The notes under the pieces are model-generated. The model ran no database searches. It saw only the letters and a program-made list of their open reading frames with translations, and was not told where the DNA came from. A program made the translations under genes and the position numbers. A stretch of 64,000 bases of DNA from Mytilus edulis (Eukaryota). Below, piece after piece: positions 24,101 through 38,400 of this stretch. Numbering within the stretch: the stretch's first letter is position 1; every line of letters starts with the position of its first letter. The stretch spans positions 76,136,001 through 76,200,000 of the forward strand of contig NC_092349.1 of assembly GCF_963676685.1 (NCBI RefSeq), in the 5' to 3' direction.

Positions 24101-27100
24101 ATTAAATGAGCACCACAGTATAATCAGTGAAATAGGAATCCAAAGACTCATGAACTAAAAACTTAGATGGATATATACAGTACTGACCACCAAGATTATT
24201 TTTATTCAATCTGCCATCAACATTATATTTCCTTGGGGTTTAAAATGTTGAGTACAGTTGACAATTTAGAAACGCGCGTCTGGCGTATTACATTATAAGC
24301 CTGGTACCTTTCATATATATAACTTTTAGCACATATCAAATACTTGATGGAAGTAACAAAAAGTTAATAAGGGAACACTAGATTTAAATATATTGAGTTG
24401 CCTAAAGTACTACCATACGGGAAAAAGTCTGGCAGTTGCAAAATATCAATAACTTCTTACTCGAATTTAAGCATCACTACTAGGGAAAACGTAGTACGCT
24501 GACATAACATATATTTACATATTAGGATTAGATCCCAAGATAGAAACAATTCCCATGGCTATTCTGTTGTGTAATCCAACTTCTTCAACGGCTACAGCAA
24601 CTATAAGTCCTCCAATAAATAGCATACTTGTGTCCTACAGGAATAAAATACAGTCAATGTTCTGTAGATTGCAGGTTCGTGTAAAATAAAAACAAAATAT
24701 CTACTGAAAAATGTTCAAATACAATCTTTACAACTATGCAGCTACACACGCTTTACACAACCATTCCCAATGTTCAATTGAAAAGTCGACTTCCCTTTTC
24801 TCAGCAAAAGCATACTCCTTCCTTTATGCTATCGTATTGTCTTTGCATATCTCAATTAATCCGATATACATTCGTACATATTCATACTAATAGTATGCAG
24901 AATTCATTAACGTCGGTGTGCTCCTTAAACTAAACTGTTCAAAAATCAAAAGGATGAACGACTTTAAATCAACACTAGACATGTTTTCCACATAAAATAA
25001 CCAATAAGATGACCAATAAAATGTCCTTGTCAACTCGTAAGGGACATGCGTTAGAAGTCTCATTTCACTAGATACCCGAGTAATCGTTTGACCTAAATCC
25101 ATAGTGTCGTATTCCCTTTTGTGACATTTTGTATATGTGGAATTTCAAGGAGGGCAAGTCATGCATAGCAGAAGAGGCATCCCATCTCCCCCTTCTGAAA
25201 AGCATTTGGTTATTAAGGTTTTTTTGGGGGGTCTTGGTATCATTCTTCATTTGATTAATATATAGATTCTGGTTTAATGTGAGGTTTGTGTGGCTCAATA
25301 TCTCATTATTTTATGTTTTGAGTACTTGTTGGCCTTTGTCTTTTTTCATCATTGCAATATCAGTTTATTTACAATTTCTGAGTTTGAATTTCCCTTTGGT
25401 ATCTTTCGCCTCTCTTGAATAAGATCTAAACATACAAGCGGAACTGCAGTCATCAGGCAGTCATTTCGTTGTAACCCGATATTCCTTTATATTTTATTGT
25501 TGCGAAAAGGTAACTTTTGAAAAACAAATAAGTTTAAAAACGATTGACACTGAAAGTGCAACAAATTTCACTTACGTTGAGGAAAAACGTACATATGGTC
25601 TTTCCTGGAACTACACCTAACAATGGAAACAATATTACAGGCATGAGAGCTGTAACTGGTATAGGAAGGGCTTCTGTTAACCAGAGTACAGCCATTACAA
25701 TCAGTCCGTAGGCACATTTTGATTCCTACAATTATAAAAGAATAACTATATATTTCATGTCACGCGTGAAAAGGGTGAAAAATGATGTGCTGATTCTTTC
25801 AGAGTACCTAAGATCATCTCCGGATTTTGGTGGGGTTCATGTTGATCAGTCTCTTACTTTGTAAACCCGTTTGTCGTTTTCCCCCCTTTTTATGTATTTC
25901 CAAAGTGTTGCCTGTTTTACATATGTTGATCCAGATCTTAAAATATATTTTATTACCAAGCGATACAATTACATCAACACTGCAAATTAGCCAATAAATT
26001 GAGAATTCATGTCAGTATGTTTCCACTTTTTTTTTTATCTACGTCATGCTGCACTATACATGTTTATCTATGCATAGGTATTACAAATACGCACATTATT
26101 GTACCTGTAAATTCTTAAATACATGTATATAACTAATAAATACCACATAGCACTATGTGAGCAGGATCTATTTTTCCCAAAAGACGAAAATGTGGTATAT
26201 TGACGACTTACAACGTAATAAAAAAAAACATAATGAATGAGACTTATTTTAAGTGCAACAGTACGTTCTTTTTTTCTTTTGACTCAAATAATAGGTTAAA
26301 GGAATGATGGACAGTTAACAATAGATATAAGAAGATATGATGTGTGGCAATAAAACTCTCCAACGAAGTCACAATTTGTAAAAGTAAATTATACACGTAG
26401 GTCAAAGTACGGCCTTCAACAAGGAGCCTTAGGACAAATCGAACAGCAACCTCCCAAGGGCCCAAAAAAAGACTGGAGTAAAACCGTTGTAACAGAAAAC
26501 CCAATTGTCTTATCTATATCAAAAACAAGAAACGAGAAACACTTATGAAAAACAAACACAAACGACAACCACTGAACAACAGGTTCCTGTCTTTGAACAA
26601 ATGCAAACAATACAGCGATTTTAAAAGTTTAAACAGGTGTCAACCTTCGCTCTTTTCTAAATGTAGCATCCCACCAAAGAAATACAAACTATACAATATC
26701 TATTGAAATGTTTTACCCCAATCAAAAGATATATGATCAAGAACAAGTAAACATTCACTGACCGAATAAATGCCCTCTTTGATAATACAATAATGCCAAT
26801 ATAAGTGTACTTTAAAAACAAATATATTTCATCTCAACACAAAAATTCTAACTACTAATTATGTGTTACTCGAAGTCCTCACCATCAGTGGAATAATCTC
26901 TGGCTTATAATTTGGTACGAATGACGCGCATTTCGTCCATATGATACACTCGAATTAAAACCTTTTAAAATCCTCATCAAATACGAAATCGAAATCTGAA
27001 AATTCCGAAAACATTGTGCTATTGGAATAAATGTACCATTACGAATATCTTTTCTTGGGGGTCGAAACCTTAGTATTAATTCAAAAATAATTTCAGCAAC

Positions 27101-30100
27101 AAATTAACAGATAATGAACGTATCATACTCTCGTACCATCGAATGATGTTTATACATATTGCAATTAACATATAAGTTAATACTGCATAATTGAAGCGTG
27201 CTCATGGGGCAATAAACTTCAACAGATCGGCTATGAGGTAGAACGATTGACATTGACTCTTTACAATTTTTCACGGTCACTATCTTGAAGTGGTTGAACG
27301 ATACAATTTGTAGGTGTCTCCACTACCGAGAAGTCTCAAATCTAACTTTACTAGAATAGTCAGATGATCTGTAATTTGAACGATCAGATTGTTGTCTTTT
27401 ACATAAATTAAGTATAAATTAACATGACAATCGGTAAAACAAGAATTGCAATATACGCTTACAAGTGAGATGTTTAGCTAGATGTTAAAACAAGTTTAAT
27501 TCACTATTTTCCACACAAAAAAAGGCCTGTTCCAAGTCAGAAATATGACAGTTATTTTCCATTTGTTTAATGGTTTAACTTTGAGCATTGTTTTTCTACT
27601 GTTTACCCAGTCGACGCATACCAAGTTTCACTTAATATGAGATTCATGCAATTTACTCCGTATTTTTACACTAGACTTGTATAATTATAATTTAATTTCG
27701 AGATTTGAACATTGTTACACTATACTGTTGCCTCTGAATTACTATCAACCTTAATGAAAATAAGGCCTTCATTCTGCCTAAAACCAAGTGAAAAAAAAAA
27801 ATGCATGTTCTTAAATTATCTTTAAATGACTGAGATAGATCGTTCTGAGAGAAGAATTATACTTTTAGATATAAGCAAAAAATCTTGACAGCAAATCATA
27901 GATAAATTAGTATTTATATCTTGTAAACTGATTTTCCTAGTGTTGTTTTTAGTATTTATTTTTCTTGCTTTATTTGTCTAATTTTAATTTCTAATGAAAA
28001 CAAGAAAACATCTAATATTTATTCAGCAGTTTGCAATGTTCTTGAAATTTCATCGTTGTCTCAGATAAAAGACACTGTTTTTTGACAGATAGAAAACATC
28101 TAGACTGTATCAAATGACCCATACCTGAACCAATACAAATAATACCAAAATCAGTTAACGGTTAATAGTTCATGTATGTCTAATAGAAATGCAATGGCCT
28201 GAAGATCCTTTTAAGCTAAAAAGTATTTTATCAGTACTTATACATCTATGTATATTTAATTATAACTTAGATGTGTCAGATGTCTTTGTTTTGAACAAAG
28301 TAAGAGACTGTTTTGATGGGTCATACAAAATAAAAGTAAAAATACAAAAATACTGAACTCCGAGGAACATTCAAAACGGAAAGTCCCCAATCCAATGGCA
28401 AAATCAAATCACGTTTTTGGGAATTTTCTTAGTATAAAGTACATCAGAGTTAATTAACAGCATTTTTAGAGGTTTCGTTTGTATGAAAAGTGGTGCCAAA
28501 AGATACAAATAAACTGTTCAACGACCATATAAACCGTTATTGATGCTTTCATTGGTTTCTTTCCTATCACTTTGTATAATATTGATACTTTGAGCCAAGA
28601 GTCAATATACTTTCAAAGTATTGCAATATTTCGTGTATCATTTTTATTTTTAAATATCTTATGAGACTGATTTCAACAAACACTTACCAAACATTACTTT
28701 TTTTATCCAAAAAAATTAACAATATTTTCATTGATAAATTCAGATTTTCAACAGTGATTTTGATCGAATATCAATTTTGCTGAAAACCGAGAAGTAGTTA
28801 TAAAAATGCACATGTCAATTTTTACTAAGGAAGTTGTTTACAAATACTCAAACAAACTTTAAGGAAAGTAATACGATGCTTTAATTCACAGAGCTTTAAT
28901 GTTTTTTTTATCGATAAATACAAAACTGACTTGTACTGTATTTTTTTTAATTTTAATTTTTTAATTTTTTATTAAAACGTATATCAGATGCTATCATAAC
29001 TATTTTTAAATGTATTAATTTAAATAGCTAAATGAAATCGATAGTGATTAGTTGTTAATTCAATGTGAAATGTATCTAACTATTTCATTCATTTATGTTT
29101 ACTATTTACAATGTTAAAACATTCTTTAAAAAATTGAGAAACTCAGTTGTAAATCATAACTGTAGTGTTTCAATTACATATCAGCACATTTCAAGACACA
29201 AAAAAAACCCAATAAAAGCAAAACCTGTGTATTCATAAATCAAGATAGATGTACTTTAATTTTATTATGATATAATTCATTTTATACTGCAATTAGTTGT
29301 GTTTATTTCCTAAATATGGTAACAAAGCTATATTTTGTATAAAATCAATTTCATGATGGAACTCTTTCTCCAAAATCAGGGATCCATTAAGGGATGAAAA
29401 TAATTTTGACATTTGGGTTACGATTTGAAAAGCTATCAATGTATTAATTTAAGTTGCAGTATAAAAAACAATATTAGATCAATGTCATAAAAATAGAACC
29501 TCGCCCTTCAACAGTTTCTCAGCTTCATACAAAAAAGTTTACATTTTCCTGACATTAACTTAACATCGTATATATATGTTTCCTTTATATCTACATATCT
29601 AAATTTCCATACTTTACAGATATAACGTTTATAAAAGGTACATCTACCGTTTATTCGAGAAATTTATACACCGACGCGATATCAAATGACGATTTATTAA
29701 TGTCAAACATATGATCATATCAGTTTACCTTATTTCCTTTTTATAAACTTAAAAATGTTATCATTGTCAAAATTGGTGTCAACAGAATACTTGTTTTGTT
29801 TTGAAAGACATAATAGCTGTATTTGTTTATGAATATATGAACGGACGTATCAGCAGGAAGACTTTGTGTTGATACCAAAGAAATATTAAAATACTGGTTA
29901 CAATTTTCATCCTATTGAGTTTTACAGTTTATCTCGGTTTAAGTTTGTTACCCGGATTTGATTTTGCTTACTCGAATAAATAAGTACACTACTTTTATCT
30001 TTATTAGGTTGTTGAAACCCTTAAAAGTCTGAATCAGCATTTTAACTATAGTCAGTCAAAACAAATAAAAAGAACACAGTTCAATTGTCCCCCTGTTGAA

Positions 30101-33100
30101 CATATTGCATCTGTCCCAAGATAATAACTGTTTCTTTTTTTTCTTTTAAAAATATTTTATCAATTCCTAGCACTACAAACCAGTAAGTCTGAAATGGCCT
30201 ATATGTATACTCGATTGTACTGATTTTTACTCGACCAGTCTGAATTGGTCGGACATTTACTTGATAATACTCGACTGTAGTCTGGACCATACTTAACAGT
30301 CTGAATTTGTACTTGACCAGTACTTATCCATTGTATACGAGTCTGAACCATACTCGACATAGTCTGAACCGTACTCGACCTAGACTAAACCGTACTTGAC
30401 CTAGTCTTAAACAACCTAGACATATTCTTTGTATCTATCAACTGAATTTTATCAATTTAGGAAATATCTTTTATAAAAATGAAATTTGAACAACAACTTG
30501 AAATTAAAAATGTATTCAATATAGTATTGAAATTAAAATTTCACAATAATCAATCATAATAATACTTCAACACAATATCAATATACACTTACATAATAAT
30601 ATATATCAACTTTAAAATATAAATAAAACAATCTGATGAAATAATCTAATAAATGAATAGTGACAAATATTTTCAATATTATTCAAAATTTTATGAATAT
30701 TTCAGAAGTTTTTTTTTATGGTAACTGAACTGTTTTCACCATTAACGTAAGCCTAATATAGATTTATGGTGTCAGTTGAGTTAAGTTTATAACGTAGTGA
30801 ATGTTTTTTTTATTAATATATATATATAATAGTATACAAACCAACTTAATAAATTTAAAAAAAAATGAGACCTTAATTGTTTTGTTTTATTAAACCAAAA
30901 ATATAATATAATCATGATAATAGAATTTCCATAGCAGTCCTTGATAACCTTTTAAAAAAAGTAAATGTGTTCCAAAGTAACAGTAAAAATTTATTTCAAT
31001 TAATTTAAGTAATTTTTGTCAAATTAAAAACATGGCATACATAAAACACTATAATATGGTATAATTACCTCACTACATGTGTGTTTTTCAGGTAAAAAGA
31101 AACCCCTATATTCTTAACTTCGTGTATTACTTATCTAGTATACTCGAAAGGCCTTGTTATTTATTTAAGTTAAACAGGATGTTGCAATTTTGAATAAATG
31201 TTATTTAAGGTGTCTTATTTATGAGTTTGCCCCAAGCAGAGGTAATACTTTATATTTCACCACTAATGAGAAAAACAATTTTATTTATTTATTTAATTCT
31301 ATCCCTTTTTGATATAAAATATATAACGTGACGGTACCCAAATTGCACCTATTTTGACAGTTTTTTCATCTACGTTTTTTTATGATGACGACAAAAATGT
31401 CCATTCTGTGTTTATTTTGTAGCCCTATCCTTCTTTATTATAAAGGTACACCAATTTGATTTTTATTCCATATGGTCTAAACTGACCTCCAAACCATCAA
31501 TGATTCTGAAATTAGGAGTACCCAAATTGCTTCCATGCTTAAATTCACATAGTCAGAAGTCTAATAACAGAGCTTTTGTTTAATTTCTTTAAATATTTCG
31601 AACAATTGGATATTAGTCAATGCTTACTCTTCATTATTTTTTAAATGGATACTTGTAACATATTGTATTTGCTCATTTTAAAAAGATGACGTTTTGATGA
31701 CGTCGCATGGCGACGTTTCAGTACATTTTGCTTTTTCAGTAAATACTTCATCTGTTGATAGATACTGTGAACGTTTTGTGCATATCTAAATAGTTTTACC
31801 TATGTTGAAAGATGTGCTTAGTATCAAATCATAAAAAAAACAAATTGTTTAGTCTCTAGAAAATCTTGAAAGATTTTCGCTGCTAGTTTTGCTAAATAGG
31901 TGCAATTTGGGTACTCGGTGCAATTTGGGTACCGTTACGTTATAATAAAATTTTTGTTTATCTTAAATATACTTAATTGGCACTCACACCACATCTTCCT
32001 ATATCTATTTAGTAATAATAGATATATTTCTAATATGAGGTTAAACAATTTATAAATTTTGTTGGCTTTTGTTATACATGTCAGTTAAAAAGAAATGTAT
32101 TTTAATAGTTAAAAAAGTAGAGGTGGTTTTTTGGTCTAGTATGGTTCAGACTGGTCGAGTATTGTTCAGACCTTTGGTTTAGTATGATTTAGACAGGAAA
32201 AATAGGTAGAGTATAGGTCGAGAATGGATTAAGACTGTTTCCGACTGGTCGAGTAATAGTTCAGACTATTTTCAACAGCAAAGATAAGGGCAGTCGAGCA
32301 TGGTTCAGACTGCGGTCGAGTAATGTCAAGTAAAAGTCAGACCAATTCAGACTGGTCGAGTAAAAATCAGTACGGTCGAGTACAGATATAGGCCATTTCA
32401 GACTTTAATGGTTTGTAGTGTAGGAGAATAGAAGGCTCAAAAGCTCTTTGATAATGCAATTTCCATACAAAAATAATTCAAAGGGACATTATTGCTAAAA
32501 CAAAATGTAAAAGGGCACTTTTTAAAAAACTTATCAGACACATGCTGATATGAATCTTTGGTATTAATTAAGTATATATATGACAAGAATCGTTCAGGAA
32601 TAGATTACCTTAGCTGTATTTGGCTAAATTTTTAGGAATATTTGGTCCTCAGTGCTCTTCAACTTCGTACTTGTTGAATATTGTATTTCTTTACCTCCTT
32701 CTTCGTTTGATCATTCTGTTTCTATGTCCTGTCCAAAGATTCGGCGGGGAACACTATTTACCGATCGTCGTCTTACTTTTTGATTTTTTTGACGAATACA
32801 ATTAAAATATTTTTAAACTATGTCTAACTTGTTTGTCAAGTATAGCACGTATAAACAATATGATGAAATAAAAAAAAGAAAACCAAGACAATAAAATTAC
32901 CAACCGACTACCAATAAACAGAATGATAAAAAAAAGAAGTAGGTAAAGAAATTCCACATTAAACAAATATCAAACAAACATACATAAAGGTGAATATTGG
33001 TACCTATTAAAACGTTTAAACCCGCTGCATTTGTTTGCACCTAGCCCAAGTCAGTAAACTGATAATCAGAAGTTGTCGTTTGTTGATGTGGTTCGTAAGT

Positions 33101-34731
33101 GTTTTCATTTCTCATTTTTTATATAGATTAGACCGTTGTTTTTCCGTTTGAATGGTTTTACACTAGTTGTTTTCGATGCCCTTTATAGCTTGCTGTTCGG
33201 TGTGAGCCAAGACTCCGTATTGAAGACTTTACTTTGACCTATGATGGTTTACTTTTATAAATTGTGACTTGAACGAAGAACTGTCTCATTAGCACTCATA
33301 CCACATCTTCTCAAATCTAAAACATACACCATAGAATAGACAGTTTCTGTTCTACTAGTGATACCCGTTCTGCTACTCTCTACAAACAAAAAAATCATAT
33401 GGCCAGTGGGATACAGATATATGTCATGACAGAGATCGGAGGACTTGATAAAACAAATGTTCGTATACAAGAACTGACAAGAAAATCACATACATGATGT
33501 ATATGAAAAGATGTTTGCAAATAAAAAAGATTTCCATTATTTGATTGAAAAGACAACGATTTTTGTTACCAACCTTATCATTGTATCAAATTGTGTTACC
33601 AGGAAATAACAAGAGGCTGTCACAACGACAGCAAACCGGATTTATTAACATTTATTTGTGTCCTGCCAATATCACAAGAACAATAACTGATGAACGGTGA
33701 AAGTGAAAATCGTCAATATCAAATTTGACCTCCATTTTGTCATCAGTATCAACATATTAAAATTTGAAAAGCTTAGGTTGAATGGTTCATGAGTTAATGC
33801 AACAACACGACTGGAAAAGCCATTTTTCACTCTTTCAAGACACATAACTCCTGAACGGTAAAAGTCAAAATCGTCATTATTGAACTTGACCTCCATTTTG
33901 TCATCAGTAACAACATATTAAAATTTGGGAAGCTTTGGTTGAACAGTTCATGCGTAAATGCACGGACACGACTGGAAATGCTATTTTTCAATCTTTCAAG
34001 AACCATAACTCCTGAACGGTAAAAGTCAAAATCGTCATTATTGAACTTGACCTTCATTTTGTTGTCTGTCACAACATATTAAAATTTGAAAAGCTTTGAT
34101 TGAACGGTTTATGAGTAAATGCAAGGACAACATTTGGTTGCCGCCCACCCGACCGCCCGGCCGCCCGACCGCCGTACATCCCCAAATCGATAACCGACAT
34201 TTTTGTCACAAAAATCCGGTTAAAAATGATTGTGTGTTAAATATGACATCTTATCGCATTATATTGTCTTTGTATATGCCTTACAAAACAAAGTTTTAAA
34301 ACCGAAGTGACAGTTGCTTAGGGGTAAGAGGTATATGTATTCCAGCTTATAATTCGCTCTTTTGGGTTGCCAAATAACACTTGAAATTGATGTTATCCGG
34401 ATTTGTTCGCTTAATAGATTTATGGTTATTGAACAGCGGTATACAACTGTTGTCATTACTTATCATATATTTAAATCGCATGCACATGCACTTGCAATTT
34501 TTTCTGATCTATAACAATAACAAATATCCCATAATAATAAAGTATATTCATCAATGTCGTACACTCGTTAAGCATGTTAAGTATTAATACATGTTACAAA
34601 TTATAAATAAGACTTACCTTGGTGTCGTCACTGATAAGATTGATAGGGGCCAGAATAGCAATCAGTACGATAATGATGTTCCGTATGGCCCAAATATTTA
34701 AAAAGAACAGTTTCACTGCTTTTAAAGACAT
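15153..34731 (-). CDS. SLC13/DASS-family Na+-coupled di-/tricarboxylate (or sulfate) cotransporter, 13 coding exons, ~585 aa
   Basis: GT-AG exons in consistent phase: 34731-34618, 25725-25576, 24634-24519, 23739-23594, 22651-22393, 20919-20785, 20157-20074, 19370-19260, 18504-18416 (acceptor ambiguous), 17785-17673, 16690-16529, 16137-16000, 15293-15153. Motifs [66 protein letters not shown]. Confidence 0.93.
18621..19112 (-). mobile_element. tRNA-derived SINE, interrupted by another repeat at ~18655-18890
   Basis: Minus-strand A box TGGTCGAGTGG and B box ATTCGAATCC, GGCTTCCTCCAC core; homologous to 13191-13450. Confidence 0.6.
26320..26640 (-). repeat. Interspersed repeat; opposite-strand copy at ~33005-33312
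   Basis: Shared blocks TTGTTTGCA...GTTGTCGTTTG...TTGACCTA...ATTGTGACTT...ACATCTTC. Confidence 0.6.
30171..32420. mobile_element. Non-autonomous CACTA/EnSpm element in SLC13 intron 1
   Basis: CACTACAAACCA...TGGTTTGTAGTG termini, ~80-bp TIR, ACTCGACC/AGTCTGAA subterminal repeats, 3-bp TSD TAG/TAG. Confidence 0.85.
31326..31940. mobile_element. TA-flanked MITE nested in the CACTA element
   Basis: TIR ACGTGACGGTACCCAAATTGCACC / GGTGCAATTTGGGTACCGTTACGT; TA on both sides. Confidence 0.8.
33608..34226. mobile_element. HINE-type element (different family) with 161-bp tandem units
   Basis: Units start at 33683, 33844, 34005; CCG-rich microsatellite 34141-34174; terminal palindrome ATTTTTGT-C-ACAAAAAT; AACCGGA/TCCGGTT subterminal match. 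Confidence 0.75.
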
Positions 34732-35203
34732 ATTGATAACTTTAGCCGTAACATAGAATCATTCGAGTACATATGTCGTGTTTATGTAGTCAACTACTTT
34801 AAAATTTCTAATGTCAAAATGTAAATATATTTTCCTTTTACGGGACAGGTAAACTGATCTGATATGAACTGCATTAAAGGTGCGATCTGGGATAGATATT
34901 TATAAGTTAAAGTGTCTGTCTACTTCCAGGCACAAATACTTTAATATTATCATTAAAGTATTTGTCCTTGGATATTTTTGTGATAATACCAAGTTATTTT
35001 TTTCAAATAAATGAGTCGCATTAAAGGGTTATTCACCTCAACAAAACAATTAAAGGTGAATAAAAATAGGTTTTACTATGCAAAACATCCAAAATTAGAA
35101 TTATGATCACTCAAAAATGTCTGTAAGCATTAAGTGTAATATATAAATATAAATTGTATAATAATGATTACAAATATTAATGAATTAGTAATATTATAAT
35201 TAT

Positions 35204-35344
35204 NNNNNNNNNNNNNNNNNNNNNNNNNNNNNNNNNNNNNNNNNNNNNNNNNNNNNNNNNNNNNNNNNNNNNNNNNNNNNNNNNNNNNNNNNNNNNNNNN
35301 NNNNNNNNNNNNNNNNNNNNNNNNNNNNNNNNNNNNNNNNNNNN
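35204..35344. other. Assembly gap (141 N)
   Basis: Run of N. Confidence 1.
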
Positions 35345-35725
35345 AAAGCATCAAAATCTAAATACCGAAAAGAGTACAGCAAAACAAGTCTGAGTTTTAA
35401 TTCTATGTTATTTAAAAACTTCGTACTTTATATAGATTTTGTTTTACTTATTTTGATTCGAGCGTCACTGATGAGTCTTTAGTATTCTTCTAGGGTGTGT
35501 GCAATGTAGATAGATATCTTGCCAAGCGAAGTGTGGCGAGAAACATTTGTGGTAAAATGAGCGAGAAATTAAAGTTTCAATCTAAAACCACATAATTTAA
35601 ATGACAATCTACATTAACCATAATTAACAAAAAAATCTATTAGTTTCTGTTCATTGACTACCTCTATATATTTTCCAGAAAACGGGACTGAACAAAAGTA
35701 GAATAGAAACAATTCTGAGTACACA

Positions 35726-35856
35726 AACTGATTCTCCATATAAAAAAATTAAACGAATTTTATGTCAATGGTTGCTGGGAAAACTGGTGCCAACTGATTC
35801 TCCATATGAAAAAAATAAACGAATTTTATGTCAATGGTTGCTGGGAAAACTGGTGC
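35726..35856. repeat. 66-bp direct tandem duplication
   Basis: AACTGATTCTCCATAT...GAAAACTGGTGC at 35726 and 35792. Confidence 0.9.
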
Positions 35857-36194
35857 TACATTACTATAATTTAATCGAATATATTCGGTGGAAAATGAAG
35901 TAAGGAAGTCGTATATGCACGCATACAGACAATATTGTGAAATGAAATCGGTTAACTTAAAAATTTCAATACCGAACCAAATATCAAGTGACTGACTGAC
36001 CGATGGAGAGACAGAGGTAAAGTAATATGTCTCTGTTTCTGCGAAGAACCTTTGAGGTTTGATGACAAGATATCCTTAAAAATTGTAAAATCAACAAGCT
36101 ACTAACAACCCTAACTAATTTCTTTAAGGTCTAAGGGATTCATATTGCGTATATGGGTTCATATATAAATATCTATTGAATGATTCAAGTTTTA

Positions 36195-38400
36195 TTAAGC
36201 CAATGGATTTAATAGTAACATTCGTCTAGGATATTTCCTAGCAAACATGTCCAGAACAGCTTGGATGTCAATGTCAATATCCTTGTGGACAAACAGCAGA
36301 ACTAAGGCATTAAACCGATCCTCACTCATAGAACTTCTGACGGAATTCTTTACGAATCGAAGTGAAAAGTTTGCTCTCTCTACTGAACTAGCTGTAACGG
36401 ACGTAAGCAATAGCAAATTCAAGACCTTTGTAATGTTCGGGAACAACAATGGGCATACTCTGCTGTCAACAAGAGTGTCTTTGATATTAGTGGGTTTATC
36501 CGTCTGTGAAGACCATTGCCTTTGCCATAAATTATACTCTTTTTGAAAGCTTGAAGCCATCGGCAAATCATCAATGTAAACCTCCAAAAGATCGTCTAAA
36601 GCGTCTCTGTTGGTTTGTTCTAAATGAGCCGGTATCAAAGCCATCGCTTTAACTGCCTTCTGAGATAGACTATTAAAACGACTACTGTACTCTTGGATCA
36701 AAGCATCAATATATGGTAAATATACGGCCCTTTTAAAGTAATCTTGTGGAGTATCTCCCGGGACGTTACTTCGCTGAGTCTGTCTACCACAGCGGCGAGG
36801 TATAACAAGTTCGGTGTCTGCTATCTCAGCCATCTGTTCAGCTTTTTGATAAACATTATCATACTCTGCATCATTTCCTCTTGCCGATATCAACACATTC
36901 TTAATGTTATCTACCATTGAGTAACCTTGAAGTAAGTCTAATGCAGTGCCTTGCAATTTCCTACTCAAACCATTCAAATAACCGTAATAGTACATGGCAG
37001 TTTGGAAACATACAATAAAGGTTGCATCTGTAATACGCTTTAGAAGTCCCTGTGACTCTGTAACGGCTTTGGTATCCCATCCTCTTTCTGTACCGATTGC
37101 TGATAGACAATCAATAATTGTATTGTAGTAAACTTCTCTACCCATCTTGTTTCACAAAAGATTTTAAACTTTTGATTTTTGAATCTTCTTCCCTGGTGTT
37201 GTTTAAATCAGTAAAACACTTTTCTAGACGTCAAAATCTTTTAGGAGAGTATCGGAAAAATATCCCTAACTGTTTTAACGCATCCAGCATAATATGGATT
37301 TCTTTTACTTTGCTGCTTTTGCATAGTACTAAGTTCCAATCATGTGAACTACAGTAGTAGTAAACGGCCTTTGGGGAGTGTTCGCGGAACTTGGCAGCAC
37401 AGCCACTATATTTTCCAGACATGTTACCTGTTCCGTCCATGGTTTGGGACCTGCAAAGTTGAGTATCTAACCCAGCATTACTAAGGGACTCTATAAGTTT
37501 GCTTGCAATCTCCACTCCAGTAATAGTTTCGCATTCTTTAAACTCTAATAAACGCTCCTTTGGATGCCCATGAACAGTATAACGGATGACAAGACCCAGT
37601 TGTTTCCAATTACTAGAGTCTGTTACTTCGTCACATTGTATTCCGTAATACGGGCCAATATCTAGTGCTCTAACTTCGCTGACAATTTTGTTCTGTATGT
37701 AATTCTTTAAACACAATAGTAAGTGGTTTTGTGACGTTTTGGAAGTGTAGGTAGCGTTTTTCTTACAAGAGTTAAGATGTTTCTCTAGAATGGAATCACC
37801 AGCGTCCACTCTGAAATTAAGCAATTTTTTGAAATTTCCCTTGTTAGTACTGCTTCCCTTATCAGTATCGTCATCCCTGTGGCCACGCAGGGCAATACCT
37901 TGTCGTCCAAAGAATACCAATGACTTGATTATAGACATGAGTATCTGACGGTTTCGCTGAATAATTTCTTGATTTTCAGAAGTAAGTGTTGCATCAATTC
38001 TTGATGAAGGCTCAAGATGTGCAGTACGAAAAGCCTCAAGTTTTGCCATCGATGACTGATGATAGTCAGTTGTAGCGTGCATTTTCATGTCTTCTTTTGC
38101 GTGTTTCCAATCTCTGTAGGGTTCTCGTATTAATTTGATGGGTCGTCGATGCGATGAATCCGGAAACAAACGACAGGGCAAACAATATAGACCATCTTGA
38201 GAAACAGAATATGATATAAAATTAAAAACGGAGAACCATTCCCGCACACATGATCTTTTGAAATTTCCAGATTTCCTTCTTTTATCCGTGTAAGTTTTGG
38301 ACGGGAACTTGAAGGAAATATGTGGTTCTCTCTAGCAGTATAAACGGTATTTCATGTCATCTGGAGTATCATGATCATGCAGTCATATATATCACATAAA
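36195..38400 (-). pseudogene. hAT transposase pseudogene (TTF-type ZnF, DUF4371, DDE, hAT dimerisation; P52rIPK/ZMYM1-like)
   Basis: YSVSQDGLYCLPCRLF, QGIALRGHRD, KGNF, YTSKTSQN, CDEVTD, QTMDG, CSSH, CETRWVE (shifted frame), VTASSVER, MSEDRFNAL; in-frame stops at ~38332 and 37231 plus frameshifts. Confidence 0.9.

Noticed and set aside
35130-35382. ORFs containing X runs
   Set aside because: Artefacts of the N gap
35455-35490. CTGATGAGTC hammerhead-ribozyme-like core (related fragments ~24269 and ~26930)
   Set aside because: Stem II and GAAA are missing; only truncated pieces of a repeat, so no complete ribozyme can be folded
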